From NCBI GenBank assembly GCA_964016885.1, contig OZ024740.1:419430001-419494000 (forward strand): DNA of 64,000 bases, in the 5' to 3' direction. Below the pieces are notes generated by a model. It did no database searches. It saw only the letters and a program-made list of their open reading frames with translations, and was not told where the DNA came from. Origin of the DNA: Eledone cirrhosa. Taxonomy: Eukaryota. Of this stretch, positions 39,139 to 51,797 are shown in pieces. Both the position numbers and the translations under genes were made by a program. Numbering within the stretch: position 1 is the stretch's first letter; every line of letters begins with the position of its first letter.

Positions 39139-41012
39139 TACTACCGATGGTAGTTTATACAAGGATGTGTACTTACCGTCATCTATTAGTAAAATAGTTT
39201 TAGGTTTATTGACTTATAATTCTCCAGACACTATCAGATTATCTATTTTATAAATTTTATCTACATTTCACAGACATTTCTGTTACCTACACTACAATAT
39301 TTGTAATTCAAAATAAGTTGCTGTTTAGAAAGTTATGCTGAACGTATGATCATTTTAAAACAATTTCGAACACCTGGCTCTGAAAATAAATGTTTTCTAG
39401 TATTATTTTTAGAGTAATTAGTTTTCCAACAAAATAATTTGTATTAAGCTATATTAAGCTGATTTAGACCACCAAATATCCAGCTTTTGTTTAAACCAGA
39501 GCTAAGAAAAGCTGATATGAAAGCTTCTTATATATTTATTAATTTGTATTTATTACAGTACAAAGGTAGATAGATTACTATATTTATTTGAGATAACACC
39601 GTATACAGAAATGTGATCATATCAATGTGAAGGTTGCCTTTAAATATTTCATTAGAAATATATGTCAAATCACACTCCAACTATTTCCTGGTTAAACTTA
39701 AAAGATGCCGTTTCATATATTAATGATGTATTCTGCATGAGTAATAAACTTTCAATACTTTATATGATTTTAGATTAAATTTAATACCGAGTGATTTTTA
39801 AAGAAGAATGCAGCACATGTGACATAAGAGAGGAAAGGGATATAAAAAGGGATATTTTTTTTAATGTAATATCTGAAACATGGAAATACATCTGAGGGGA
39901 AATACATATGACAGGGGTTATGTCATAATTCATAAACAGGGTAAGAGAATTGATAAAAAAATATTTGAAAAGAAGACCAATCCTATGTAATTACACAGGA
40001 ATATGAAGACAACACAATTAGAACAATTTGGAAAAGAACCAGTTCTTTGGATGTTACGTGTACCTACCTTTATCTGTATGTTATCAAATCTCTTTAATTT
40101 ATACCATTTTATAGAATACAAACCATTTAAATGACAGTATCTAATTGTATTTACCTATTTCAGTAACAGGTATGTTATGAAATAGATTCTGGAATCTTAT
40201 ATTTTGTTTTACCTGATCCATCCCCATACATTTATAGTAGAGTATACCATTATTTCCAAAGGGAAACTAAATACAGTTATTATTATTATTATTATTAATA
40301 ATTAATATATCAAATCCCACCGAGGTCAGTTTTACCTTTCATCCTTACGAGGTTGATAAAATGTAGCACCAGTAACACACTGGGGTTGATTTAATTGTCT
40401 CTCCCCTCCTGCAAAGTGCCTTAATCATAAATCATTGATTAATACAACAAATTATTGTTTTTTTTTTTGTTTTTGTTTTTTTGATAAAATATTTTCATTG
40501 AAAATGTTTTTGTACATAAAGATATAAACACATTTAAACTGAGATCAAAACATTTTTATCTTCCTACTTGGAGTTTTTAGTTGTCATACATGATTGTATG
40601 TGGTAGGGCTTAGTTGAAAATGGGATTAAAATATAAGAACACACACATACATCTTACACTATAAACACACACACACTTCTCACTCACAATATAAGAACAC
40701 ACACTATGAGAACACACACACACCTCACGCATTATAAGAACACCCAAACCTCTCACAATATAAGAACATACACACACTACATTTGATATTTGATTGAAAC
40801 AACTGGTCCCTCTCACATACAAATCTCTCTCTATTGAAGCAAGGAAAATATTTTAAGTTTGGAGGTAATAAAGATTGCTTCTGTCTCTATTATTTTAAAC
40901 ATACACACATCATGTAAAATAAACTGACCATGTCAGATAGATTGTATATCTGGCTTGGCACTTATTGGGCTGTTAAAAAAATATTCCTCTGTAGAGGGAA
41001 AAATTATTGGGG

Positions 41013-41065
41013 GAGTTATCTTCTGATGAGGAGACAATAATCTCTGAAATGCTTAAAGGTAATTT
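41013..41065 (+). ncRNA. Minimal type I hammerhead ribozyme (slightly decayed)
   Basis: GAGUUAUCUU-CUGAUGA-GGAGA CAAUAA UCUCU-GAAA-UGCU-UA-AAGGUAAUUU. 10-bp stem I with G-U pairs, intact core, stem III one change from AUGCAU. Confidence 0.7.
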
Positions 41066-41442
41066 GTTTTTCTGTGTTGTGAGGAATAGTTGAAAGTATT
41101 TATACTTCATTCTTTTCAAAACAAAGTTTTCTAATTAAAAAAACTAGCTATATCTATATTAAAATTACATAAAATCTTTTCATACATGCTGTGTTCTAGC
41201 ATAAATATTTATTATTTAATTAAATATGTCGCCAATCTTATGCAAATTTGACTGAATATTTTGAATATATTCTACATACTGCTTAAAGTAGATAGCTTTC
41301 TAAATTCTGTCTCAGGCCAGTGCTTATCTCAGTTTCTGTGGTATGAAGTGACTCAGAGTACAAGACTACCCCCTGAACAAGATGCCAGTCCATCGCAGAG
41401 TTAAACTCCCAGCTATTACTGGTACTCATTTTCTCTTAATTG

Positions 41443-41504
<62 letters not shown>

Positions 41505-41509
<5 letters not shown>

Positions 41510-41860
41510 CGCTACAAGCTGTGATTGAGGAAGAATAGAAGGGCCATTTCTATGAAGTCCTTTTACAGATTATCTCTAAAATGACCGACAGTCATCACAT
41601 TATCTGGGCTGACAGTTTTAATGGGCATTTTAGGCACCACCAGATGGATTTCATGGTGTCCATGGAGGCTATGGACTGGCATGAGAAATGATGAGGGATC
41701 AAGAGTCTTGACAATTTGCAACACTAAGTTCAGGAAATTGACCAGTCACCAGACTACACAAGCCAAATCCACCCTTTTCTCACCAGGAAATGAAATAGGT
41801 AAATGGTTGCCCAGGCTTTTTCTGGGGAAGAATGCACCAGCCAACATATGTAAATGATTA
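41505..41860 (+). mobile_element. Decayed RTE endonuclease-domain fragment
   Basis: Remnant peptides EEE*KGHFYEVLLQ, DSFNGH, MRNDEGSRVLTICNTKFRK, similar to the start of the 9546 element. Confidence 0.65.
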
Positions 41861-42139
41861 GAATGAGGAAAATGATTGGCGGGAAGAGGGTCTACCCAGG
41901 TTGATCCAGCTGAGAAACAAGCTGTAGTGCTGGTGATACAAGAAAATGCACCCAATACACTTTAAAGTGTCAGTGTTAGTGTCAGGAAAAAACAAAACGA
42001 AATGAAAGATACTCAGTACACACTGTAAGATAGTTGGCATTAGGAAGGGCATCTAGCTATAGGAACCATGCCATTAACAATTAAAAATCATTTCATACCT
42101 TAATAATAAAAAATACACTATCACTACAATAAACTATAT

Positions 42140-42508
42140 ATTGTTTCTATTTTTGGCACAAGGCCAGCAATTACCCAGTACATTACTGGTACTTTATTTT
42201 ATCGACCTCGTAAGGAGGAAAGGCAAAGTTAACCTCAGCAGGATTTGAACTCGGACCATAAAGGGCTGTAATTATGCTGCAAAGCATGGCGTCCGACCCT
42301 CTACTGCCAATATAATAATTGTTTCTACATTTGGCACAAGGCCAGCAATTACCCAGTACATTACTGGTACTTTATTTTATCGACCCCGTAAGGATGAAAG
42401 ACAAAGTTGACCTCGGCAGGATTTGAACTCAGAATGGAAAGGGCCGTAATTCTATGCGTCAAAGCATGACATCCGACCCTCTACCGATACTGCCAATCCA
42501 CCGCCCTT
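42140..42508 (-). mobile_element. Two tandem SINE family A copies
   Basis: 42140-42310 and 42313-42508. Confidence 0.9.
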
Positions 42509-42813
42509 AAATAATGTGCACAGAAAATACACCCCCAGTTATAATTACATTCAAAATTATAAACATACAGATACACTAGTTACACTGACTGAATAACAAA
42601 AGCACCTACTTTATACCCCCCCCCCCCAATCCCTGGCCTGAAAGTAAACACTAAGCAACAACTAGCGTAGATCATCTCTCCATAACCTATGCAGTGGTAA
42701 GCTTTGAAACTTTAGGTAGCAATCAACTGTGTTGAGTAACATATTATTTTAACTCTGTTTGTAATGTAGAGCACTCTTTTTCTTTTATCTATTCTATGAA
42801 AACCCATGACACT

Positions 42814-42844
<31 letters not shown>

Positions 42845-42861
42845 GATATTTGCTCTATGAG

Positions 42862-42893
<32 letters not shown>

Positions 42894-43705
42894 GGAAACC
42901 CACTCTACTACCCCAAGTATTGAGTACTTTGGTGCGTTATGGTCCACCTGGTTCCTTACCACATTTCCTTCGTTATATATATATATATATATATATAAAC
43001 TCTTATATTTATTATTATTACTACTACTGCACTTTGCAGCATATAGTTACGTCCCTTTACATTCTGAGTTATCTTGCCGAGGTTAGCTTTACCTTTCAAC
43101 CTTACGGAGGTCGATAAAATAAAGCCCCAGTAATTCACTGGGGTCGATTAAATCGCCCCCACCCCCCAAAAATTTTTTTAGGGATTTATGCCTAAATCAG
43201 CAACCATCGCCAAGGTTAACTTTGTCTTTCATCCTTACGGAGTCGATAAAATAAAGTACCAGTAATACACTGGGATAATTGCTGGCCTTGTGCCAAAAGT
43301 AGAAACAATTATTATTATTACTACTACTAGTAGTGGCACTCCATCAGTTATGACAACGTGTATTCCTATTGATACAATCAACCGAACAGCCTGCTAGTGA
43401 AATTAACATACAGGTGGCTGAGCATTCGACAAACATGCATAGCTTTAGCGTAGTTCTAAGAGAGACTCAGCGTAACAGGGCTGGCATTTCAAATTACAAA
43501 TGCAACTCATTTTTGCCAGCTGAGTGGACTATAGCAATGTGAAATAAAGTGTCTTGCTCAAGGACACAATGTGCCACCAGGAATTGAACTCACAACATTG
43601 TGATCGTGAGTTGAATACCCTACCCACAAACCCAGGCACCTTCACATTACTACTACTAAATATATATATCTAATGTATTTATTGATTATGGACCATAATG
43701 TTGTA

Positions 43706-43758
43706 CCTACGTACGACATTATGGCAGACCCGACCTGTTCATCACATTCACTTGCAAT
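43706..43758 (+). repeat. Isolated inverted copy of the Helitron Rep motif 1 coding segment
   Basis: Near-exact reverse complement of 44172-44225 (TYVRHYGRPDLFITFTCN). Confidence 0.85.
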
Positions 43759-44140
43759 GGATGATCAGATTGTCACAGGAGTCAGGTATCTCACATCCAT
43801 ATGGACCTTAAATCAATTATCTGTGAAGTGTACGTAACTGGTGGATAATCAATAAAAGTATTTATGTGAAACTTTGTCATTATACACTCTACTTTAGCAC
43901 AGGTGCTCTTATTTGTACTACCTCCAGTAATCCATAACATTACTAAGTAACCAAAACTATATATATATCTCACATCATCATCACCGGTTACCTCCATTTT
44001 TCCACGCTAGCATGGGTTCGACGGGTTGTCCTGTTGTGGGCAGTGTCCGGTCGGCTGACCATGTCTTGCTCATATGGGAACTGATTTTGACTTAATTTCT
44101 ACAGCTGGATGCCCTTCCTGGAACAAACCTCATTTACAGC

Positions 44141-46534
44141 AACAGTTCTGCCCCGATCTCCTCCACTTTGGATTGCAAGTGAATGTGATGAACAGATCGG
44201 GTCTGCCATAATGTTGTACGTAGGTCATAGCATCCTGCGTTCTCTCGTGCATGTAGCGCGGACTTCTGGTGAAGGTGGAGGGGAAAATGCAGACTTTTTC
44301 TACGCTGCTGGGAGCTGTGTCATTGTTGATGGCATCTCAGAGATGGATGCAGCTCTCGGACCGCAGTTGCCTTTGGTATGACCGTATGAAACACAGTCTC
44401 TCCGATTCCATTTTGCGCACATATCAACCACGAATTGCTGAAGTAGGTTTCTTGACTGGTGCAGGTGATTGAAGGAATCGTGGCGAACCATGAAGCGGTA
44501 GGAGTAGAAAGCCATGCATGAACTGGTTTTTTGACGGAGTGTTGAGGGTTTACTGGATTATGCTGGTGAATTCCGTACTGATAGCCGTCCTCACCATTTA
44601 CAAAGAGCAGTGGATACTGGAGCACATCGTAAGACGTATGTGTTTCGCTGAAGAGTGCTATCTCGACGCTTGAGGACAATGTTTCGTGGATTATGCTGAC
44701 TCCCATGCATAAGTACAGCGATTTCATTGCATGCAGGATAATTATACCGACCCGGATGCTCCCCAGATGGCATTTTCGAGGCATCAATTGCCACATTAAA
44801 ATTGGCTGTGATATCTGCTTCCAAGGCATACTTGAAGCTAATGACAACTGTTTTTTGTGTGCAGAATGTCTTGCAGTTTCCTTATAAGCTCGACGTTGGT
44901 ACCAGGTGAAATGGAGTTCCTCTTGGCTGCCTGCTCGTTGACATTCCCAACAAAGTACAGCTGAAGAAATTGAGGTTCTTGATTGGCGGCAGGTTGGAGG
45001 GATTCAATTCTATGGTACACCTGACCTTGCACCTTAAATGTGGGCATAAATCCGCCTTCCTTGACAATGTTCGCCCCGAAAGATGTCATTTGGAAAGCAC
45101 AGTTATACCTCCGGATGTAAGTCAGGAAATGCTGTGACTCCGCAGTACTGCCTGAATATAGGAGCTTCAACGGTTGTGGTGGATCCTCCAGGGGACGTAA
45201 TTTTACTTTTCCATTTGCGCAACAAGCCAGGTGTTTCTCTGGGCCACTTTTTTGCATTGCAGAAAGAGCACGTCTTTGACATACTCCCAATTCGCATGTC
45301 TGGATGGCCACTGTAATCAAAGTCAGGGTTGTACTCGAATGCTTTCAAGGACCATCGTGAGCAACACAACCTTGAAATACCCTGCCCAAAGGCCCTTCGT
45401 TGAGCATTACATTGTAGTCAAATGTCTCGTTCTTTCGAGGTCTGTGTAGCTCGCGCAGCAGCAGTATTCGCAACATCCGTACTCCGACGTCTTTTACGCT
45501 GGTCTTCCGCCTCGGCAGCTCGTGCAACAGAAGTTGATGCGGCATTAGCGGTTCGGCGAATGGTTCGTTGATTGTCTGTTTCAAGTGCACTTCTGGTGGC
45601 AGCACGTTTAGCATCTTGCGACTGTCAAATAGCAGATTCCACTGACGATTCGTTTGCCCGTCCTGTTCTTGTTGTTGCTGCTTTCACAGTTTTTTGGCCA
45701 ATGGAGTATCTCTTCCTTCGAGGCATGACCTAAAAGCAGGACAAAGTACACTAAAACTCACTGGTAGAGTAAGGAGTAAACTCGTCAGTAAATTAAAAAC
45801 CGATGCATGTGATTTCCGAACGGTTGACTATGTAATTGCTAAGCCATGAGTGCTGTCTTAACCAGGGTATGTATAGGGAGAGGGGTAACAGTAAGAGCAG
45901 CGGTTGGAATGAGTGTAAGTTAGTGAATATGTTGTCACTGAAAAAAATGGCGTAAGTGAAACGCCACACGCACATAGACACACACACTCATGCACAAACG
46001 CACGCAAACTCATGCATGCATGCATGTGTGCACGTACACACACACACGTTAATAGATTTAACTCTTAGTGGAACGCTGCACGAACACACATACACGCACA
46101 CATGTTAATTAGTTATAGCTTTCCTTCCCCTCTTCCACTGTCATGTATCAAACACAGCGTCACTCTCTCTCTCTCCCGCTATCCCCCTCTTTTAGTCTGT
46201 CTGTTTCTTTCACTCTCACTCTTTCTCTTTATAACTCACTACATTTCTCCCCTCTATCGAAAAATGCTGTGACTAATGGGGAGGAGTATAGAGCCACTTC
46301 TTCACTTCGCCTCTCCGTTTCTTTCTCTCCCCTCTCACTCCCTCATTATGTACAGACATTGGCCACTTCACTAATTCAATCCCTAGGACTAAATAATTTG
46401 AAATTTTTTTGGCTCAAAACCCTCACAGGGCCATACGGGTTACACGTGTAAAGTTTGAAAAAAAAACGGTTGGGTACTTCTCGAGTTTTAGGGAAACAGA
46501 TACACAGACATTCTTTATTTTATATATATATAGA
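44141..46534 (-). mobile_element. Helitron, 3'-truncated and decayed: 5' end plus N-terminal RepHel coding region (ATG at 45726)
   Basis: 5' TCTATATATATAAAATAAAG terminus. Frameshifted peptides MPRRKR..., CSFCNAKKWPRETPG, CCANGKVKL, IRRYNCAFQMTSFGA, FKVQGQVYHRI, GEHPGRYNYP, YDVLQYPLLF, LLQQFVVDM and Rep motif 1 YGRPDLFITFTCNPKW. Confidence 0.92.
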
Positions 46535-47075
46535 CTAGCAGAAAACCACCCGGTGGGCGGTTTTCTGCTAGCAAATCTAGTGTATATACTGATATTGTTG
46601 AGATTTGGATGAGAAATGTTTTCGGCACCACATGTTCACCGTCTCTCGGTGTGTCTTTTATGCATGTATAAATATATATGTTATCTATACGGGGAAATCT
46701 TTGAAATAAATATATGTTAAAACGAAAAAGGAGAAAAAGAGATTAGTGACGGAAATATAAACGTTATGATACATATACGTTATGATATAACGATGGAAAT
46801 ATATCTTCAAATGGTCCTTGGCATGGTGTCAAGTCAGAACCGCCTCGAACTGGTTACTTCTGGTTTGTGCAAGGTGTCTCTATAGCAACCAGCGATTCCC
46901 TCGGCCTCAGTGACCAAAGTCAGTGGAGAGGGGAAGGTAATGTTTCTATAGCGACAGTGTTTCTCTTGGTCGTACCAAAGTGGAGAAAGGAAGGGGAAGG
47001 TAATATTTCTGTAGCACCTACATTTGAGTTTTAGGGAAGGACAGACAGACAAACAGAGAAATGCCCATATATTTC
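46535..47075 (-). mobile_element. Non-autonomous Helitron with intact 3' hairpin and CTAG end
   Basis: Minus-strand 3' end ccgccc-acc-gggtgg ttttctg CTAG. The 5' part (ctgtttgtctgtctgtccttccctaaaactc) resembles the 5' end of the adjacent Helitron. Confidence 0.7.
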
Positions 47076-47110
<35 letters not shown>

Positions 47111-47288
47111 TACACACACAGAAATGTATATATATTTCTGTGTGTGTGTATATATATATATATATATTACACACACAGAAATGTATATATATTTCTGTGT
47201 GTATATATATATATTACACACACAGAAATGTATATATATTTCTGTGTATATATATATATTACACACACAGAAATGTATATATATTTCT
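47068..47288. repeat. Minisatellite of four self-complementary TG/TA/CA units
   Basis: atttct(gt)n(at)n t(ac)n agaaatgtatat repeated four times with shrinking length. Confidence 0.9.
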
Positions 47289-47600
47289 TAGAACAAAATT
47301 ATTATTAATGTTTTGCTGTTCATAACAATTGGAATTGAAAAATTACTTTTGAAATTATTAGTTATTTTACTAATGCTTAGATATGTAAAAATGAAGCAAT
47401 GTTTCTAATAATTGTTTCTACTTTTGGCACAAGGCCAGCAATTACTCAATACATTACTGGTACTTTATTTTATCGACCCCGTGAGGATGAAAGGCAAAGT
47501 TAACCTCGGCGGTATTTGAACTCAGACCGTAAAGGGACGTAACTCCATGCTATGAAGCATGGTGTCCGACTCTCTACAGATTCTGCCAATCCACCGCCCT

Positions 47601-47866
47601 AATGTCTGTACGTAATGAGGGAGTGAGAGGGGAGAGAAAGAAAGGCAGAGGTGAAGTGACGAAATGACTCTCTCCTCCTCCTCCATCTCCCCATTCGTCA
47701 CAGCGATAGAGGGGAGGAATGTTAGTGTGTTAGAAAGAGTGAGAGAAACAGACAGACTAAAAGAGAGGGATAGCTGGAGAGAGAGAGAGATAGCAACCAC
47801 GCGCGCACGTGTTTCCACTGTCGGACAGACAGACAGAGAAATTGCTGGTTATATATTATAAGGAGA
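47601..47866 (-). mobile_element. Third Helitron-derived fragment
   Basis: 47601-47790 is a diverged reverse complement of 46160-46360. 47820-47866 resembles a Helitron 5' end on the minus strand (A|TCTCCTTATAATATATAACC...TCTGTCTGTC). Confidence 0.6.
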
Positions 47867-48843
47867 TATACACACATACACACTTCACTTTCCTGACATT
47901 TGTACATTATTCTATGTACTATACATACACCTTTGATGAGTTGTAGTGCACCTGAGTACAGTGATCAATAATTTTCATTATTATTATTATCATCATCATC
48001 ATCATTATTTTACACCCCCTTTTTCATGTTTGCCTTGATTGTGTAGGTCCTGCCCTGCACAACATCCCCCCACTTGGAGTGTTCCTTCGTCATCTCTTCC
48101 ACGAGGTTCAATATTTTAAGCTCAGTTCCAGCCACCTCTGCCAAAGTTTTCCTTGGTCTTTCTGTATTGTAGCTTCATTCCACTGGCATCACTAACCAAA
48201 CCAATCTTCTTTCTTGTACACCACATCTGATTCCTCCTGTACCCAGCTTTTCATTCATGCCCTGTTGTTCTTGTACACATACATAAACAAACACAACACA
48301 CACACACAACTTAGATTTAATCACTTAGTCCTCTCTGGACTCTCACTCTCTCTCAAGTCAACTGAACCATTACGAAACTCTATGATCGAATGCCTGACCT
48401 CTGCTGTTGGAAATGGTGAACCTTTATTTTTCTGGGTCAGAGAAATTTAGAATTGTTAGAATGTCAGATAGAATGCTTTGAAGTATTCATTCCAACTCTC
48501 TGAGTTCAAATTCCATCAAGGTCAACTTTACCTTTCATTCTTTCACAGTCGATAAAAAAAGTACCAGTGTGGTACTGGGGTTGATTCTTCTCTTTACCAC
48601 TCTCTGTCTCTACAGCAGAATAAAAACTAAGAAATGTTGTATGTCACTACAGCACCTCTACAACTCCATCAGATGTTACATATTAAAAGATGTGGTTCAG
48701 GAGGTTTTGGTGGAAAACCAGCCATACAAAGTATGTAGCTAAACTATTTAAGTCTCATCCACTTTTTTACCTTGTACTGGAGTATATGGGGAACATTTCT
48801 TATGGAAGTATTTCTAAGTTTGTCTTGCAATGATATCACTTAA

Positions 48844-49064
48844 CCCTTAAGCATTCACATTACTCTATATTTACTATTGTATTTTCATGGTAAAGGCTTT
48901 ACTTCACATAATTATCTTACATAATATCGAATCTATGAGATTTTGATAATATTTGTTTTGAGAACAATACCTTAACATCAGTATGAGCGGCCAGTTACAG
49001 CTGGATTGAACAGAAAGAGTTGAGATAATTCTGTCCGTATATGGCCGGTATAAATGCTAAAGGG
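48844..49064. mobile_element. MITE family 1 copy
   Basis: ttaa|cccttaagcattca...taaatgctaaaggg|ttaa, with the same internal sequence as 3779-4007. Confidence 0.85.
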
Positions 49065-49269
49065 TTAATGAAAATATTTACTAATCAATGAGAGGAAGCA
49101 TGCCAAAAATAATTGGGTATGAAAATATATGTAGCAAAATACAAGATCTAGGAAGGAGATGATCACATTGGAGGGTTTTGAAGTAAAACACATCAGAAGT
49201 GACCTTACTGGGGCTTGATCTCAAAATGTAATAATTTAGGACAAATACTGTTAATATTTTGTTTGATTA

Positions 49270-49990
49270 ATAATAATTGTTTCTACTTTTGGCACAAGGC
49301 CAGCAATTACTCCAGTGCGTTACTGGTACTTTATTTTATCGACCCCGTAAGGATGAAAGGCAAAGTTAACCTCGGCGGGATTTGAACTCAGTCCATAAAG
49401 GGACGTAACTGTGCTGGAAAGCATGGCGTCTGACCCTCTACCGATACTGCCAATTCACCGCCATTTGTTTGATTAATAATAATAATTGTTTCTATATTTG
49501 GTGCAAGGCCAGCAATTTTAGAGTTTGCGAAAGTCAATTAAATCAACCCCAGTGCGTTACTGGTAGTTTATTTTATCGACCCTCATAAAGCTAACCTAAG
49601 TGGGATTTAAGCTGAGAATGTAAAGAGCTGTAATTCTATGCTGCAAAGTGGGGTGTTCAGCGCTCTACCGATACTGCCAATCCACCACCTTGTACCTGAT
49701 TTAAGCACAAGGCCAGAAATTTTGGGGAAGGAGGAAAGTTGATTAAATTGACCATAGTGCGTTACTGGTACTTTATTCTATCCACCTCGTAAGGATGAAA
49801 GGCAAAGCTAACCTTTGCGGGATTTGAACTCAGAATGTAAAGGGCTGTAACACTATGCCACAATAATAATGATTATAAGTTCAAATCCCACCGAGGTTAA
49901 CTTTGCCTTTCATCCTTACGGGGTCTATAGAATAAAGCACCAGTAATGTACTGGGTAATTGCTGGCCTTGTGCCAAAAGTAGAAACAATT
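49270..49990. mobile_element. Cluster of four SINE family A copies (three -, one +)
   Basis: ~49270-49463, 49475-49690, 49705-49860 (-) and 49878-49990 (+). Confidence 0.9.
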
Positions 49991-50074
49991 ATATATATAT
50001 ATAATTGAAACATATATATACATACATATACACACATATTCTTTGCTTAAACTTTAATCTGTTATTTTAATAAA

Positions 50075-50117
<43 letters not shown>

Positions 50118-50129
50118 TACATACATACA

Positions 50130-50605
50130 TAAGTTAACGGACCTAGGATGGGTTTCACTGCTCGGACCTGTTGCATCTCAGCGTACTCAATAGGTAATGT
50201 TAAATAAACTCCCAGAGTAGACACATAGTTATTCACTTCAATACAACGCCTGTAAATGGGTTCCTTCAATTATTCCCGTACTCAAGTTTTGGCCACACTT
50301 AATGCAGCAATGGAGTGCACAGCACCACTGTCCGCATATATTATGCAACAATGCACAATCGGCACATGTAGCTTCATCAGCGGGTTTCCCCTAATCAATA
50401 ACCAATCAATCGACAGAATTCGACTCCAGTCCATGTTGGCTATGACTGAATGTGATGGCCAACACAGTAAAACGTTAGCAACTGAAATCTCTGTGTCATC
50501 ACAATGCCGTCCCCCAATTGGCTACTGATTCAGAAATTTACGTGATGGCAGGAGACGAAATTCAAATAGTTCCGCACCCGCCATACTCGGCCAATGTATC
50601 TCAAA
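50130..50605 (+). mobile_element. Possible internally deleted mariner/Tc1 remnant
   Basis: EIQIVPHPPYSANV (50557-50598) resembles the mariner PHPPYSPDL motif. Boundaries uncertain. Confidence 0.5.
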
Positions 50606-51306
50606 CACAAATTAACAAGTTAGTGAAAAATTGGTTATTAGAAAAATTCATTCTCCAATCGCTGTACAATAAAATGGTAACATTCGGCTCCAGTCTCTCT
50701 CTATATAGTTGTTGAAAGGTGTTCTGTTTAAAGTGGAAAAGAACCACGATTAAAATAAGGTACTCAAAACATCAAGTAGAGAGGGTATGTGAATATATTA
50801 AAAACTTCCTCTTACATGACTAGACCTGTTTCCTTCAGATAATTCATTAGAAAATTATGAATTTTTGCCAATTTGTTACTGGTCTGGTAGGATGATGGTG
50901 GGGTATAGTATGGTATGGAGTGGTGTGGTAAGATGGTGTGGTGTGATGGTATGATGATTGTGTGGTGTGATGGTATGATGGTAGAGTGATGTGGTATTGT
51001 ATGGAGTGGTGTGGTGTGGTAATCAACAGTTGTAGGAGTGACCATAACCTGTCTTTTAGCCACACTTACAACTATCCACCAGTGCACTAATCTTGGCACC
51101 ACTTGACCAGTTACTTATATACAGAATTGGCAAAGTTCCATCACTTTCTCATCAATTCTTAACTGAAAGAAACAGAACTAATCCTGTAAGTTACTATATA
51201 TCATCATCATTTCATAGATCTTTTCCGTGCTGGACGGAACTTTTTGAGGTTTTTACTAGATAACCTTTCTGTCACCAAACTTCTAATCACTTCTTATGAC
51301 ACACAC

Positions 51307-51596
51307 GGGTATGGTGGGCCTATTCTAAATCAGATACACACAGCCTATAAATATACATACATGGATGAGAGTTGGGTTTTGCTTGAATAACATGTCTGAT
51401 GAACAGATCGGGCTAGAGTCTGGTCTATAGCATTTACATGGTTCCTGAGCCACCCATCTGTGAAACGGTCGTAACTGTGTATAATCAATACAGACCTTAA
51501 TGTGAAACCTTGCTTGGTTTTCAATATATGTGTATGTGTGTATATATATATGTAAAGGCCGTGTGCATCTGGTTTAGAATAGGTACGTCATATCCC
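51307..51596 (+). mobile_element. Old inverted-repeat-bounded element with a strongly decayed hammerhead-like motif (51435-51481)
   Basis: 51307-51345 is an imperfect inverse of 51557-51596. Internal UACAUGGU...CAC CCAUCU GUG AAAC GGUC GUA ACUGUGUA keeps stem I and GAAAC..GUA but lacks an intact CUGAnGA. Confidence 0.45.
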
Positions 51597-51797
51597 ATAC
51601 ATTTATTCTAAGCATACAGATAGTTAAGTGGATAGTGGGATAGTGTACCAAATAATCAACTAAAAGTTTTCTTTTCATTGGTACTGCATAGTCTATGGTA
51701 CTTAACTCTGAAATAACCCACACCGCTAAGCAGAAGCTGCTCTGTAAATCTAACAGTGGGTTCTTTAGGTTGCAATAGTGAATTCAAATCATCTTAA

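Noticed and set aside
51397-51415. 16-nt match tgatgaacagatcggg to the Helitron Rep motif region (44184-44199)
   Set aside because: Too short, and the similarity does not extend; treated as chance.
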